DNA of 64,000 nt from Methylobacterium sp. GTDB taxonomy: Bacteria > Pseudomonadota > Alphaproteobacteria > Rhizobiales > Beijerinckiaceae. Both the position numbers and the translations under genes were made by a program. Location of the stretch: positions 8,268-72,267 of the forward strand of contig NZ_JAIEOF010000174.1 of NCBI RefSeq assembly GCF_019750675.1. The letters are read 5' to 3'. Position 1 is the first letter of the stretch. Every line of letters starts with the position of its first letter. The notes under the pieces are model-generated. The model was not told where the DNA came from, did no database searches, and saw only the letters and a list, made by a program, of their open reading frames with translations. Below are positions 55,023 to 64,000 of the stretch, piece after piece.

Positions 55023-56336
55023 TCAGAGCCGCTGGTCGTTGATGCCCGCGATGATCAGGGCGATGGAGCTCCAGACCACGAGGCAGCAGAAGAACACCAC
55101 CAGGATCGCGTGCCCGCGCAGCGGATAGAGCGAATCGCCCGGCAGCGCCGGCTCCACGAAGGTCGCGAGGAAGATCTGCTGCTTGCCGGCCGCGATGCGG
55201 GCCCGGTCGACCATCAGGTTGGCCGATTCGTTGAGCTTGCCCGCGATGGTGCGCTCGACCTGGAGACCCTCGAACTCCAGGAGCGCCTTCGTCATGTTGT
55301 TGGTGATGTCCGGTCCCGTGCCCGCCTCGGTGGTGAGCTGGTCGGTGAGCTTCTTGATCTGCTGGTCGAGGGCGGTCACGAGCGAAACGAGGTTCTGGAC
55401 GCTGCGCGACTTCTCGTCGAGATTCGAGCCGCGCAGCACCGCGAGGTCGGATTCCGCCTTCAGCCGCTCCTTGCGCAGGCCGCCGATCGTGGTGAGCATG
55501 GCCTCCGCGGTCTTGGCCGGATCGATGATGCCCCAGCGGTTGCGGTAGGTCTGGAGGGCCAGGTGGGCCTTGCGCAGGCGGTCCTGCGCCTTGGCCGCGT
55601 CCCCCTCGGCGTGGGCCAGCATGTCGGCCTGGGCGCGCCGGGAGATGTCGTTGATCAGCCGCTCGCTGCGGGCGACCACGTCGCGGGCGATGACGAGGGC
55701 GTCCTCCGGCGTGAAGGCCCGCACGTTGAGGGTGATGATGCCGGAGATCGGTTCGATCCGGGTGGTGACGCGATGGCGCCAGTACTTCACCAGTTCCTCG
55801 ACCGGCTGGTTCGTGTCGTAGCGCTCCCAGAAGTCCACGCCCGGGCGCGAGAACATCGTCGAGACCTTCAGGCTGGCCTCCACCGCTGAGACCAGGGTCT
55901 GGCTCTGGATGTAGTCCTTGACGATGAAGCTGTCCTGGCTGTTGTGCTTCTGGGCGAGCCCCACGAAGGCCGTGGACGAACTCTCCTCCATCGGCTCGAC
56001 GTTGCCGCGCACGGCGAATTGCGCCGTGGCGATGTACTGGTCGCTGGCGAAGGCGTAGAAATAGAACGCCGCCATCAGGGTCGGCAGCAGCACGAAGATC
56101 GCGAACTGCTTGATCACGCCGCCGATGATGTTCTGCGGGCGGGAGGGCGGCCGGCGGATGCCCGGCAGGCGGCGCCAGTCGAGGCGCTCGCGCGCCCGGC
56201 GCAGGAGCACGGGCAGCCGGTCGGGCGCGACGGGGGTGACCGTCTCGGCGTTGCGCCGCAGATCCGGCACGGAGCGCAGCGCGAGGTCGATCATCCCGCG
56301 TACGCGGTCCGTCGGCTTGATCTCGTCGACCTTCAT
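55023..56336 (-). CDS. Capsular polysaccharide export inner-membrane protein (KpsE/RkpR, PCP-3 type)
   Basis: TM...YFYAFASDQYIATAQFAVR, DYIQSQ, GIITLNVRAFTPEDA..IA, RSERLINDIS, coiled coil, FVEPALP, C-terminal TM. Start ATG 56336. Confidence 0.85.
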   Translation of the reverse strand: MKVDEIKPTDRVRGMIDLALRSVPDLRRNAETVTPVAPDRLPVLLRRARERLDWRRLPGIRRPPSRPQNIIGGVIKQFAIFVLLPTLMAAFYFYAFASDQYIATAQFAVRGNVEPMEESSSTAFVGLAQKHNSQDSFIVKDYIQSQTLVSAVEASLKVSTMFSRPGVDFWERYDTNQPVEELVKYWRHRVTTRIEPISGIITLNVRAFTPEDALVIARDVVARSERLINDISRRAQADMLAHAEGDAAKAQDRLRKAHLALQTYRNRWGIIDPAKTAEAMLTTIGGLRKERLKAESDLAVLRGSNLDEKSRSVQNLVSLVTALDQQIKKLTDQLTTEAGTGPDITNNMTKALLEFEGLQVERTIAGKLNESANLMVDRARIAAGKQQIFLATFVEPALPGDSLYPLRGHAILVVFFCCLVVWSSIALIIAGINDQRL

Positions 56337-56558
56337 GGGTTCCGGTTTCCAGGGGCTCGGCGCGGCCAGGTCACGGGTGACATCCGGGTCGCGCACCGTG
56401 CCGCGCGCGCCCCTCGACGTTGCAAATGGTCACGCCTGCGGAGCCCTCGCGACACGTTGCCGTTGTTACCGGCAATCCCGTGTTTTTCGGCCCTTTTTAA
56501 GGCGTCGCTTTCCCCGTATCGGGTCGGCGCGACGGGGTGTGCGGAGTCTGGGGGTTTC

Positions 56559-56933
56559 ATGGACAGCAAGGACGGGACCGCGCCGAGGCCGGCACGGATC
56601 CGCATGGCCCGCGCCGGGTTCTCCGAACTCGTGCTCGTCTGCACGAAATGCGTCAAGCGCCAGGGCCTGAAGAAGGGCGCCCTGCGCTCACGCATCAAGC
56701 GCGAGTTGAAGGGCCGGGCCATGCCCGGCAAGCCGCGGGTCGTCGAGGTCGGCTGCCTCGGCCCCTGCCCGAAGCGGGCGCTTGCCGTCGCCACCGCCGA
56801 CAGCTTGGCCAAGCAGCGCATCCACCTTCTCGACCCCGCCGCCACCCCGGCCCAGGCAGTCGACGCGCTCTTCCCCGATTTCGGCCCCAAAGGAAGCCTA
56901 ACCGGAGACCTGACCCGCACGCGGGGGCCGTGA
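56559..56933 (+). CDS. Thioredoxin-like ferredoxin-type Cys4 protein
   Basis: LVLVCTKC...EVGCLGPCPK (CxxC and CxxxC); real start inside ORF-track frame 55944..56933. Confidence 0.7.
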   Translation: MDSKDGTAPRPARIRMARAGFSELVLVCTKCVKRQGLKKGALRSRIKRELKGRAMPGKPRVVEVGCLGPCPKRALAVATADSLAKQRIHLLDPAATPAQAVDALFPDFGPKGSLTGDLTRTRGP

Positions 56934-57006
56934 GGCGCCCGCGCACCGCCTGAGCGCGCCCGGCGCGCCGCCCGCTTCCCTCACCGGCGCGCCCCGCGCG
57001 CCGGAC

Positions 57007-58101
57007 TTGCCGCGAGCCAGCCGCTTGACCGATCCCGCCCTCGACACGGACCGACCCCGTCCGGCCCGCTCCCTCGGCCGCGCGGTGCTGCGGCGGCTGC
57101 CGCTCGTCGGCACGCTGCTGGGGCTCGCCCTCGGGACGTGGCTCGTGGCCACCAACGATCTCGGCGCGATCGCGGATGCCTTCGGCCGCGTCGGCGCCCC
57201 GGGCCTCGCCGCCATCGTGCTCGTGCGCGTCCTCATCCTCCTCCTGTGCGGCATGGCCTGGGGCCAGACGATCCGGGGACTGGCGGGGATCGGACAGGCC
57301 GGGTCCGGCGCCTTCGCGCTCCTGCGCTTCGTGCGCGAGGGCATCAACGTGCTCCTGCCGGTCGCCTCCGTGGGGGGCGACGTCGTCGGCGGGCGCCTGC
57401 TGACCTTCTGGGGCGCGACGGGGGCCCTGGCGGCGGCCTCCATCATGGTCGACATGCTGTTCCAGGCCGGCACGCAGGCCGTCTTCGCGCTCCTCGGCGT
57501 CGGGCTGCTGCTCCAGGTCAACGGTGAATCGGCCCACGCCCTCGCCACCTGGGTGCTGCGGGCGCTCGCGGTCACCGCGATCCTCCTCGCCGGGTTCGTG
57601 GCGGCCCAGCGCAGCCCGGCGGCGCGGGCGGTCGCGCGGCGCGTCGTGGCCTGGGGCCGCCGGGCCCTACGTGGGCCCGAGGCCGCCGCTTCACCGGAAG
57701 GCGGCGTTTACGGCGCCCTCGACGCGATCTGGGCCCCCGCGCGCCGGGGCAACCTCGCGGCCTCGATCCTGCTCCACCTCGCGGCTTGGCTGCTCGGCGC
57801 GGTGGAGATCGGCATCGCGCTCGCCTGCATCGGCGTCCCGTCGGTCGGCGTCGCCGAGATCCTCATCATCGAGGCGCTGAGCCAGGCCATCAAGTCGGCG
57901 GCCTTTCCGGTGCCGAGCGGCCTCGGCGTGCAAGAGGGCGGCTTCGTGCTCCTCGGCGGGTTGTTCGGCATCGATGCGGGCACCGCGCTGGCGCTCTCGC
58001 TGGTCAAGCGGGTGCCGGACGTGGTTCTGGGCCTGCCCGCCCTGATCCTCTGGCAGACGCTGGAGGCGCGCCGCGGGACCATCCTGCCGCCGCGCGCCTG
58101 A
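57007..58101 (+). CDS. Lysylphosphatidylglycerol-synthase TM / HpnL-like putative flippase
   Basis: FVREGINVLLPVASVGGDV, SIMVD, AFPVPSGLGVQEGGF, LSLVKRVPD. Start uncertain. Confidence 0.8.
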   Translation: MPRASRLTDPALDTDRPRPARSLGRAVLRRLPLVGTLLGLALGTWLVATNDLGAIADAFGRVGAPGLAAIVLVRVLILLLCGMAWGQTIRGLAGIGQAGSGAFALLRFVREGINVLLPVASVGGDVVGGRLLTFWGATGALAAASIMVDMLFQAGTQAVFALLGVGLLLQVNGESAHALATWVLRALAVTAILLAGFVAAQRSPAARAVARRVVAWGRRALRGPEAAASPEGGVYGALDAIWAPARRGNLAASILLHLAAWLLGAVEIGIALACIGVPSVGVAEILIIEALSQAIKSAAFPVPSGLGVQEGGFVLLGGLFGIDAGTALALSLVKRVPDVVLGLPALILWQTLEARRGTILPPRA

Positions 58102-58137
58102 ACCGTTCCGCATGCGTCACCCGATGGCAGGTCAGCG

Positions 58138-59007
58138 GTGAGGAGCCTCATCCCGGTCGCGGCCCTCGTCGCCAGCATGGTCTCCCTCAGCGTCGGGACC
58201 TCGTTCGCCAAGCACCTGTTCGCCACGGTGGGCGCCGAGGGCACGACCGCCCTGCGGGTCGGCCTCGCGGCTCTGATCCTCGTCGCGGTCTGGCGCCCCT
58301 GGCACCTGCGGCCGAGCCGGGCGGATGCCGGCGCGCTCCTGCTCTACGGCGGCGTGCTCGGCGCGATGAACCTGCTCTTCTACCTGTCCCTGCGGACGAT
58401 TCACCTGGGGCTCGCCATCGCCATCGAGTTCTCCGGCCCCCTCACCCTCGCGCTTGCCCATTCGCGCCGGCCGATCGACTTCGTCTGGATCGCCTGCGTT
58501 GTGCTCGGCCTCGGGCTCCTGCTGCCGCTCGCGGGCCTCTCCGGCGGGCTCGATCCGGTCGGTGTGGCCTGTGCTCTCGGGGCCGCCCTGTGCTGGGCGC
58601 TCTACATCGTCTTCGGCCAGCGCGTCGGCCACCTGCACGGCGGCCATTCCGTCGCCATCGGCATGTCGGTGGCCGCCCTGGTGGTGCTGCCCTTCGGGAT
58701 CGCGAGCGCGGGTGCCGCCCTCCTCGATCCGGCGACCCTCGCGTTCGGCCTCGCCATCGCGGCCCTGTCGAGCGCCCTGCCCTACTCCCTGGAGATGGTG
58801 GCGCTGAAGCGCCTGACGAAGCAGAGCTTCGGTGTCCTCCTCAGCCTGGAGCCGGCCATCGGCTCGCTGGCCGGCCTCGCCATCCTCGGCGAGCGCCTGA
58901 GCGGCACGGAATGGCTCGCCATCACCTGCATCGTCGTGGCCTCGGTGGGCAATACGGTGAGCACCCAGCGGCGGCGTCCCCTGGCCACGCCGATTCTGCC
59001 GGCCTGA
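58138..59007 (+). CDS. rhtA: EamA/DMT exporter, RhtA type
   Basis: SVGTSFAKHLF, LRVGLAALIL, MNLLFYLSL, AIEFSGPL, SALPYSLEMVALKRL, SLEPAIG. Confidence 0.82.
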   Translation: MRSLIPVAALVASMVSLSVGTSFAKHLFATVGAEGTTALRVGLAALILVAVWRPWHLRPSRADAGALLLYGGVLGAMNLLFYLSLRTIHLGLAIAIEFSGPLTLALAHSRRPIDFVWIACVVLGLGLLLPLAGLSGGLDPVGVACALGAALCWALYIVFGQRVGHLHGGHSVAIGMSVAALVVLPFGIASAGAALLDPATLAFGLAIAALSSALPYSLEMVALKRLTKQSFGVLLSLEPAIGSLAGLAILGERLSGTEWLAITCIVVASVGNTVSTQRRRPLATPILPA

Positions 59008-59310
59008 CGCAGGCTCGCGTGCTAGATCGGGATGAAGTGGCAATCGGCCCGGGATGATCTTGCAGTCTACTTGCCTAATCAGACTGGGTCGACTGCGTAC
59101 TTATCCCGGAAATTCTCTATAAACGCAGATACTTGTGGCCGAGGCGCAACATTGCGCCAGAACAATCGGATACATACCAGATATTCAGGGGTCGGCGACG
59201 CGTCGTGCATTGCCCGGCTCCCTTGAGCGCGGCATTGTCCATGTCAGGCGCAGGCATGCGACCAGAAAATTAAAGACAAAAAAATTCAGAACGGGCTCAG
59301 GGAGTCGACG

Positions 59311-60780
59311 ATGGCGATCAACTTCAACAACACCACCTATCCGCCCGGGTTTCTCGGCATCGACGACGGTGGCGTTCCGGCACAAAGGACGTTCCAGGTC
59401 GACGCGCCGTCGACCTATACTGTGCGCGTCAACGGAATTGTGAATCAGGCCGGCGACACGGTCACGATGACCTATGGCGCCGATGCGCCTGCCGGCTACG
59501 CGAATCGCGCCGTCACCCTGACGGCCTCGCCCCTCGACAATTCGACCCAGATCCTCTTCACCAGCACCGACATCCCGCCCGGCGAGGTTGATGCGGGCAC
59601 CTACCGCTACCTCCTGTCGAACACGCAGGTCTACGGCAGCCCACCCCCGGCCGGACAGACACGGACGCGCTTCACCGCCGACGGCGACAACAACCTCAAC
59701 AGCTACAACGTGGCGGCCGTGCCCTGCTTTGCCAGCGGCACGCTGATCCTGACGGATCGCGGTGAGGTCGCGGTCGAGGCGCTCGCGGTCGGCGACAGCG
59801 TGGTGACGGCCTCCGGCGCGCACCGGCCCATCGTGTGGATCGGCCAGCGCAGCATCGACTGCACCCGCCACCGGATCCCCGACGCGATCTGGCCGGTGCG
59901 CGTGCTCGCCGGCGCCTTCGGCGAAGGCCTGCCCAAGCGCGACCTCTGGCTCTCTCCGGACCATGCGGTGCGTGTGAGCGTGCTCGACGCGGTCCTGATC
60001 CCGGTCAAGCACCTCGTCAATGACGCGACCATCGCCCAGGTGAAGACCGAGACGGTGACCTACTGGCACGTCGAACTCGACGCGCACGACATCCTCGTCG
60101 CCGAGGGGCTGCCGACCGAGAGCTTCCTCGACACGGGCGTGCGCAACGGCTTCGAGAATGCCGGTGCGTTCATGGCGCTGCACCCCGATTTCACCCCGCT
60201 CTCCATGGATGGGTTCTGCCTGCCGCTGGTGCAGGAAGGCCCGATCGTCGATGCGGTGCGCGTCCGCCTGCTGGCTCGGGCCGCCGCCCTCGGCTGGACC
60301 CTGACCGACACTGACGACCTGCACGTGGTGGCCGACGGCGTCGCGATCCAGCCGGAGCGTGACGGGGCGATCGCCCGCTTCACGATCCCGGCCGGTACGG
60401 TCGAGGCCCGCCTCGTCTCGCGCAGCTTCGTACCGGAGCGCGTTCGGGTGGGCGCCGGCGACGGCCGCCGCCTCGGCCTACCCCTGCGCGGCCTCTCGGC
60501 CGTCGACGGCGCCGGCGTCGTCCGCAGCCTGCCGATCGACCATGCGCTGCTGACGGACGGCTACTCCTTCGTGCAGACCGCCGAGGGCGATGCCTGGCGC
60601 TGGACGGACGGCGATGCCGCGCTCCCGGCCGCGCTCTGGGCCGGCACCACGGATGCGGTGACGCTGACCGTCACGATCGCGGCCGAGCGCGGCACCCTGT
60701 CGGCTTGGCAGGCGCCGTCCGCCGTGGACGCCGTCACCGTGGCGGTCGACGCGACCGCCGACGCGGAGTGCGCCGCCTAA
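59311..60780 (+). CDS. Hint-domain (bacterial intein-like, Hint_2 type) protein
   Basis: VP-CFASGTLILTDRGEVAVEALAVGDSVVT, WIG, LSPDH, YWHVELDAHDILVAEGLPTESFLD; GGGAG SD before ATG 59311. Confidence 0.93.
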   Translation: MAINFNNTTYPPGFLGIDDGGVPAQRTFQVDAPSTYTVRVNGIVNQAGDTVTMTYGADAPAGYANRAVTLTASPLDNSTQILFTSTDIPPGEVDAGTYRYLLSNTQVYGSPPPAGQTRTRFTADGDNNLNSYNVAAVPCFASGTLILTDRGEVAVEALAVGDSVVTASGAHRPIVWIGQRSIDCTRHRIPDAIWPVRVLAGAFGEGLPKRDLWLSPDHAVRVSVLDAVLIPVKHLVNDATIAQVKTETVTYWHVELDAHDILVAEGLPTESFLDTGVRNGFENAGAFMALHPDFTPLSMDGFCLPLVQEGPIVDAVRVRLLARAAALGWTLTDTDDLHVVADGVAIQPERDGAIARFTIPAGTVEARLVSRSFVPERVRVGAGDGRRLGLPLRGLSAVDGAGVVRSLPIDHALLTDGYSFVQTAEGDAWRWTDGDAALPAALWAGTTDAVTLTVTIAAERGTLSAWQAPSAVDAVTVAVDATADAECAA

Positions 60781-61070
60781 ACCGAACCGTCCGGACGACG
60801 GACGCAACGACCCGGGCCGTCCTTTTGGCGGCCGGGGCACAGACCCCAACGGCGCCGGCGATCCTCCGATCGCGGGCGCCGTTCCACTTGTCAGCGATGG
60901 AGCAAGGGGCCGGGCGCAGGTTCAGGTGCCGCCGAAGCGGCAACGTGCTCAGAGTCGTCGCGACATTCGAGTGAAGATGCGTCGTCGGGTCCCGGCCCAA
61001 ACCGATCGATCCGAGTGACAGGGGCCAGAACGAGAGATATAACGGCGCACCGTTGGGGGAAGTTCCCTTC

Positions 61071-62723
61071 ATGACCTGCCATCTCGACCAGGGCATCAGG
61101 CCGGATACATCCGATGCGGTGCGGCTCGACGAACTGGCCGGGCTTCAGATCCTCGATACCCCTCCGGAGCAGGCGTACGACGACGTCGTTCAACTGGCCC
61201 GGCTCCTATGCGGAGCCCCAGTCGCCCTGGTCAGCCTCGTCGACGGCAACCGGCAATGGTTCAAGGCGCGCGCCGGCTTCCCGCCCTGCGAGACGGATCT
61301 GAGCGCGTCCGTCTGCGTCTATGCCCTGAGCGAGCCCGACCTCCTCGTAATCCCCGATCTCGCGGGCGACCCCCGTACCGCGCGGAACCCCCTCGTCACG
61401 GGCGAGCCGCATATCCGCTTCTATGCCGGGGCGCCCCTCCGGATGCCGAGCGGCCAGGTTCTCGGCAGCCTGTGCGTGCTCGACCATCAGCCGCGCCCGG
61501 ACGGGCTGACGGACGACCAGGCGGACGGGCTGCGCCGCCTCGGGCGCCAGGTCACGACCCTCCTCGGCGAGCGCCGCCAGATCGCCCTGGTCAAGGCCGA
61601 GGAAATCTACGCCCGCGCGGCCTCGCTGCGGCGCGCCGCCCTGATCGAACTCGGGGATTTCCTGCGCCACGAATCGTCGATCCCCGCCATGACCCACCGG
61701 GCGGCCGAGATCGTGGGCCAGACCCTGGAGGCGAACCGGACCGGCTACGGCGAACTCGACGCCACCGGCGCCATCATCACCATCCATCGCGATTGGACCA
61801 CCGCCGGCTCGGAGAGTCTGGTGGGGCGCCACCGCTCCCTGAACCACGAGACCTTCGGGCCCAGCCTGTCGCGCGGCGAGACCCTCGTGGTCAACGCGAT
61901 GACGAACGATCCCCGCGCCCTCGACGGCGCCACGGATGGGGCCCGCAGGCCGATCGGCGCCCTCCTCAACGTTCCGGTGCGCGAGCGCGGGCGCAGCGTC
62001 GGGCTGTTCTTCGTGCACAGCGCGGCCCCCCGCGTCTGGCGGCCCGAGGAAATCGCCTTCGTCCGCAACGTCGCGGACCGCGTCCAGGTCGGCATCGCGC
62101 GGCTGCGCGCCGAGGAGCAGCAGGCGGTGCTCAACCGCGAACTCAGCCACCGCATGAAGAACATGCTGGCCATGGTCCAGGCCATCGCCACCCAGACCCT
62201 GCGCACGGCGCCCGACCTCGAGACGGCCCGGGACGTCCTGGCCGACCGGCTGATCGCCATGAGCAAGGCCCACGACCTGCTCCTCGCCGGCACCCGCGAG
62301 AGTGCGAGCATCGAGGCCATCATCCGGGGCGCCCTCGCGATTCACGACGATGCCCGCTCGGGGCGCCTGGGTTGCGAAGGCCCCTACGTGCAGGTCGGCT
62401 CCAAGGCCGCCCTGTCGCTCGCCCTGATGATGCACGAACTCGGCACGAACGCCGCCAAGTACGGCGCCCTGTCCTGCCCCACCGGCTCCGTGACCGTCGC
62501 CTGGTCCGTCGACGAGAGCGGCGCCGAGGCGATGCTGTCCCTGTGTTGGACCGAGCGCGGCGGCCCGGCGGTCGCCGCCCCCACGCACCGGGGGTTCGGC
62601 AGCCGGCTGATCGAGCGGGGCCTGGCCGGCGCGGTGGGGGGCACGGTGCGCACCACCTACGCGGAGACGGGGGTCGTCTGTGAACTCACCACACCGCTGC
62701 GCGGGATCGGCGCGGAGGACTAG
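61071..62723 (+). CDS. Soluble GAF-GAF-HWE histidine kinase
   Basis: GAF1 (ILDTPPEQAYDD, RFYAGAPL, GSLCVLD), GAF2, H box ELSHRMKN, HELGTNAAKYGALS, WTERGGP, GFGSRLI. Start ATG 61071. Confidence 0.93.
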   Translation: MTCHLDQGIRPDTSDAVRLDELAGLQILDTPPEQAYDDVVQLARLLCGAPVALVSLVDGNRQWFKARAGFPPCETDLSASVCVYALSEPDLLVIPDLAGDPRTARNPLVTGEPHIRFYAGAPLRMPSGQVLGSLCVLDHQPRPDGLTDDQADGLRRLGRQVTTLLGERRQIALVKAEEIYARAASLRRAALIELGDFLRHESSIPAMTHRAAEIVGQTLEANRTGYGELDATGAIITIHRDWTTAGSESLVGRHRSLNHETFGPSLSRGETLVVNAMTNDPRALDGATDGARRPIGALLNVPVRERGRSVGLFFVHSAAPRVWRPEEIAFVRNVADRVQVGIARLRAEEQQAVLNRELSHRMKNMLAMVQAIATQTLRTAPDLETARDVLADRLIAMSKAHDLLLAGTRESASIEAIIRGALAIHDDARSGRLGCEGPYVQVGSKAALSLALMMHELGTNAAKYGALSCPTGSVTVAWSVDESGAEAMLSLCWTERGGPAVAAPTHRGFGSRLIERGLAGAVGGTVRTTYAETGVVCELTTPLRGIGAED

Positions 62724-62736
62724 GCTGGAAACCGCC

Positions 62737-63396
62737 TCAGTCCGGCTCGGCCAGGAGCCCTTCCACGAAGGCGGTCAGCCCGGTGCGGCGGGCGCGCTTC
62801 AGGCGCTCGGCGATGAGGATGCCCTCCAGGGAGCGGAAGGCGTCGTCGAGGTCGTCGTTGACGATGACGTAGTCGTACTCGCTCCAGCGCTGGATCTCCA
62901 TCCGGGCGTTGGCGAGGCGCTTCTCGATGGTGTCGGGCGAATCCTCGGCCCGGCGCTCCAGGCGGTGGCGCAGCTCGGCGAGGCTCGGCGGCAGGATGAA
63001 CACCGTGACCACGTCGTCGGTGAGCTTGGCCCGCACCTGCCGGGTGCCCTGGTAGTCGATGTCGAAGATCATGTCGCGGCCGGCGCCCAGCACCTTTTCC
63101 ACGGGCTTGCGCGGGGTGCCGTAGAAATTGCCGTGCACCTCGGCCCATTCGAGGAGGTTGTCGGCGCTGCGCAGCGCGTCGAAGGCCTCGCGGTCGATGA
63201 ACTGGTAGTGCTTGCCGTCGATCTCGGAGGGGCGGCGCTGGCGGGTCGTCACCGAGATCGAGACGTCGAGGCCCCACCTGTGATCGGACGCCAGTTGGCG
63301 CGTCAGCGTGGTCTTGCCCGCACCGGAGGGGGAGGACAGGATGAGGATGAACCCGCGCCGCCCGATCGTGGCATTCTCCTTCGTGGAGGCCTGCAT
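62737..63396 (-). CDS. gmk: Guanylate kinase
   Basis: SSPSGAGKTT, SVTTRQRRPSEIDGKHY, EWAEVHGNFYGT, DIDYQG, YDYVIVNDD. Start ATG 63396. Confidence 0.97.
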   Translation of the reverse strand: MQASTKENATIGRRGFILILSSPSGAGKTTLTRQLASDHRWGLDVSISVTTRQRRPSEIDGKHYQFIDREAFDALRSADNLLEWAEVHGNFYGTPRKPVEKVLGAGRDMIFDIDYQGTRQVRAKLTDDVVTVFILPPSLAELRHRLERRAEDSPDTIEKRLANARMEIQRWSEYDYVIVNDDLDDAFRSLEGILIAERLKRARRTGLTAFVEGLLAEPD

Positions 63397-63407
63397 CTGA
63401 GAAAAAC

Positions 63408-64000
63408 CTACTCGACGTTCTGAACCTGCTCCCGGAATTGCTCCACCACGGCCTTCAAGTCGAGTCCGATCCGCGACAGGGTGATGTCGTTGGCCTTGGC
63501 GCACAGGGTATTGGCCTCGCGCCCGAGCTCCTGGGCCAGGAAATCGAGCTTGCGGCCGATGGGTCCGCCAGCGGCCAGCAGGTCGGCGGCGCTGGCGAGA
63601 TGCGCCTGCAGACGGTCGAGTTCCTCGCGCACGTCGGCCTTCGCGGCAAGCAGTACCGCCTCCTGGTGCAGGCGGTCGGGGTCGAGGCCGCCGGCTTCCA
63701 CGAGGCTCGCCACGGTGGCGGCGAGACGGGCCTTCACCGCCTCGGGCTTCCGGGCCGGGCAGGCCTCGGCCAGCGCCGTCAGCCGGGCCATTTCGGCGCG
63801 CTGACCCTCGATCACCCCGAGGAGGGCACGGCCCTCGGCGCGGCGGGCCTCCACGAGGTCGGCAACCAGCCGGACCACGCCCTCGGCCAGATCCCGGGCG
63901 AGCGCCTCGGTGTCGGCGCCCGGCTCCTCGTCGGCCTCGACCACCCCTCGGACCGCCAGGAGCCCGTCGAGGGTGGCGGGCGCGATGCCCTCGGGGCGCG
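63408..64000 (-). CDS. yicC: YicC/YloC-family endoribonuclease (5' end outside the window)
   Basis: DRLHQEAVLLAAKADVREELDRL, GRKLDFLAQELGREANTLCAK, VVEQFREQVQNVE; upstream of gmk as usual. Confidence 0.93.
   Translation of the reverse strand, partial: RPEGIAPATLDGLLAVRGVVEADEEPGADTEALARDLAEGVVRLVADLVEARRAEGRALLGVIEGQRAEMARLTALAEACPARKPEAVKARLAATVASLVEAGGLDPDRLHQEAVLLAAKADVREELDRLQAHLASAADLLAAGGPIGRKLDFLAQELGREANTLCAKANDITLSRIGLDLKAVVEQFREQVQNVE

Noticed and set aside
61028-61054. Possible EcfG promoter (GAAC...CGTT) before the HWE kinase
   Set aside because: The spacer is 19 nt, longer than the usual 16-17, and the -35 lacks the first G.
1-64000. tRNA, rRNA, prophage or defence genes
   Set aside because: None recognised by eye; tRNAscan-SE and Rfam searches would be the decisive check.

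Overview
This is a very GC-rich, gene-dense alphaproteobacterial chromosome segment. Gene content and order fit Hyphomicrobiales, probably Methylobacterium/Methylorubrum-like (inference). It is mostly core genome: thiD/thiE; NadQ-regulated nadABC; an Lhr-type helicase plus PdeM pair; podJ; a beta-oxidation cluster interrupted by an EAL gene; an AsmA/YhdP-like gene; bcp; an M23 peptidase; prfB with an intact +1 frameshift; alaC, phaC, fadL, bioB, pmtA and mnmA; a Caulobacter-type flagellar block (fliK-flgD, sciP, fliF-G-H-N-flbD); and gmk plus a partial yicC. An accessory-looking patch at about 54.7-62.7 kb holds an orphan KpsE-like gene, a Cys4 ferredoxin-like protein, an HpnL-like protein, RhtA, a Hint-domain protein and a GAF-GAF-HWE kinase. 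I saw no tRNA, rRNA, CRISPR array, transposase or integrase. I cannot claim a proven new system. The best leads are: (1) the Hint autoprocessing protein, with a putative cargo N-domain and a C-terminal binding module; (2) a sensor kinase whose phospho-acceptor His is Asp; (3) a readable ftr/IHF/sigma54/CtrA flagellar regulatory architecture; (4) a palindrome shared by two AT-rich promoters; (5) palindromic repeat elements, one possibly inserted in frame in the helicase. Start codons were adjusted by hand where the ORF track ran too far upstream.
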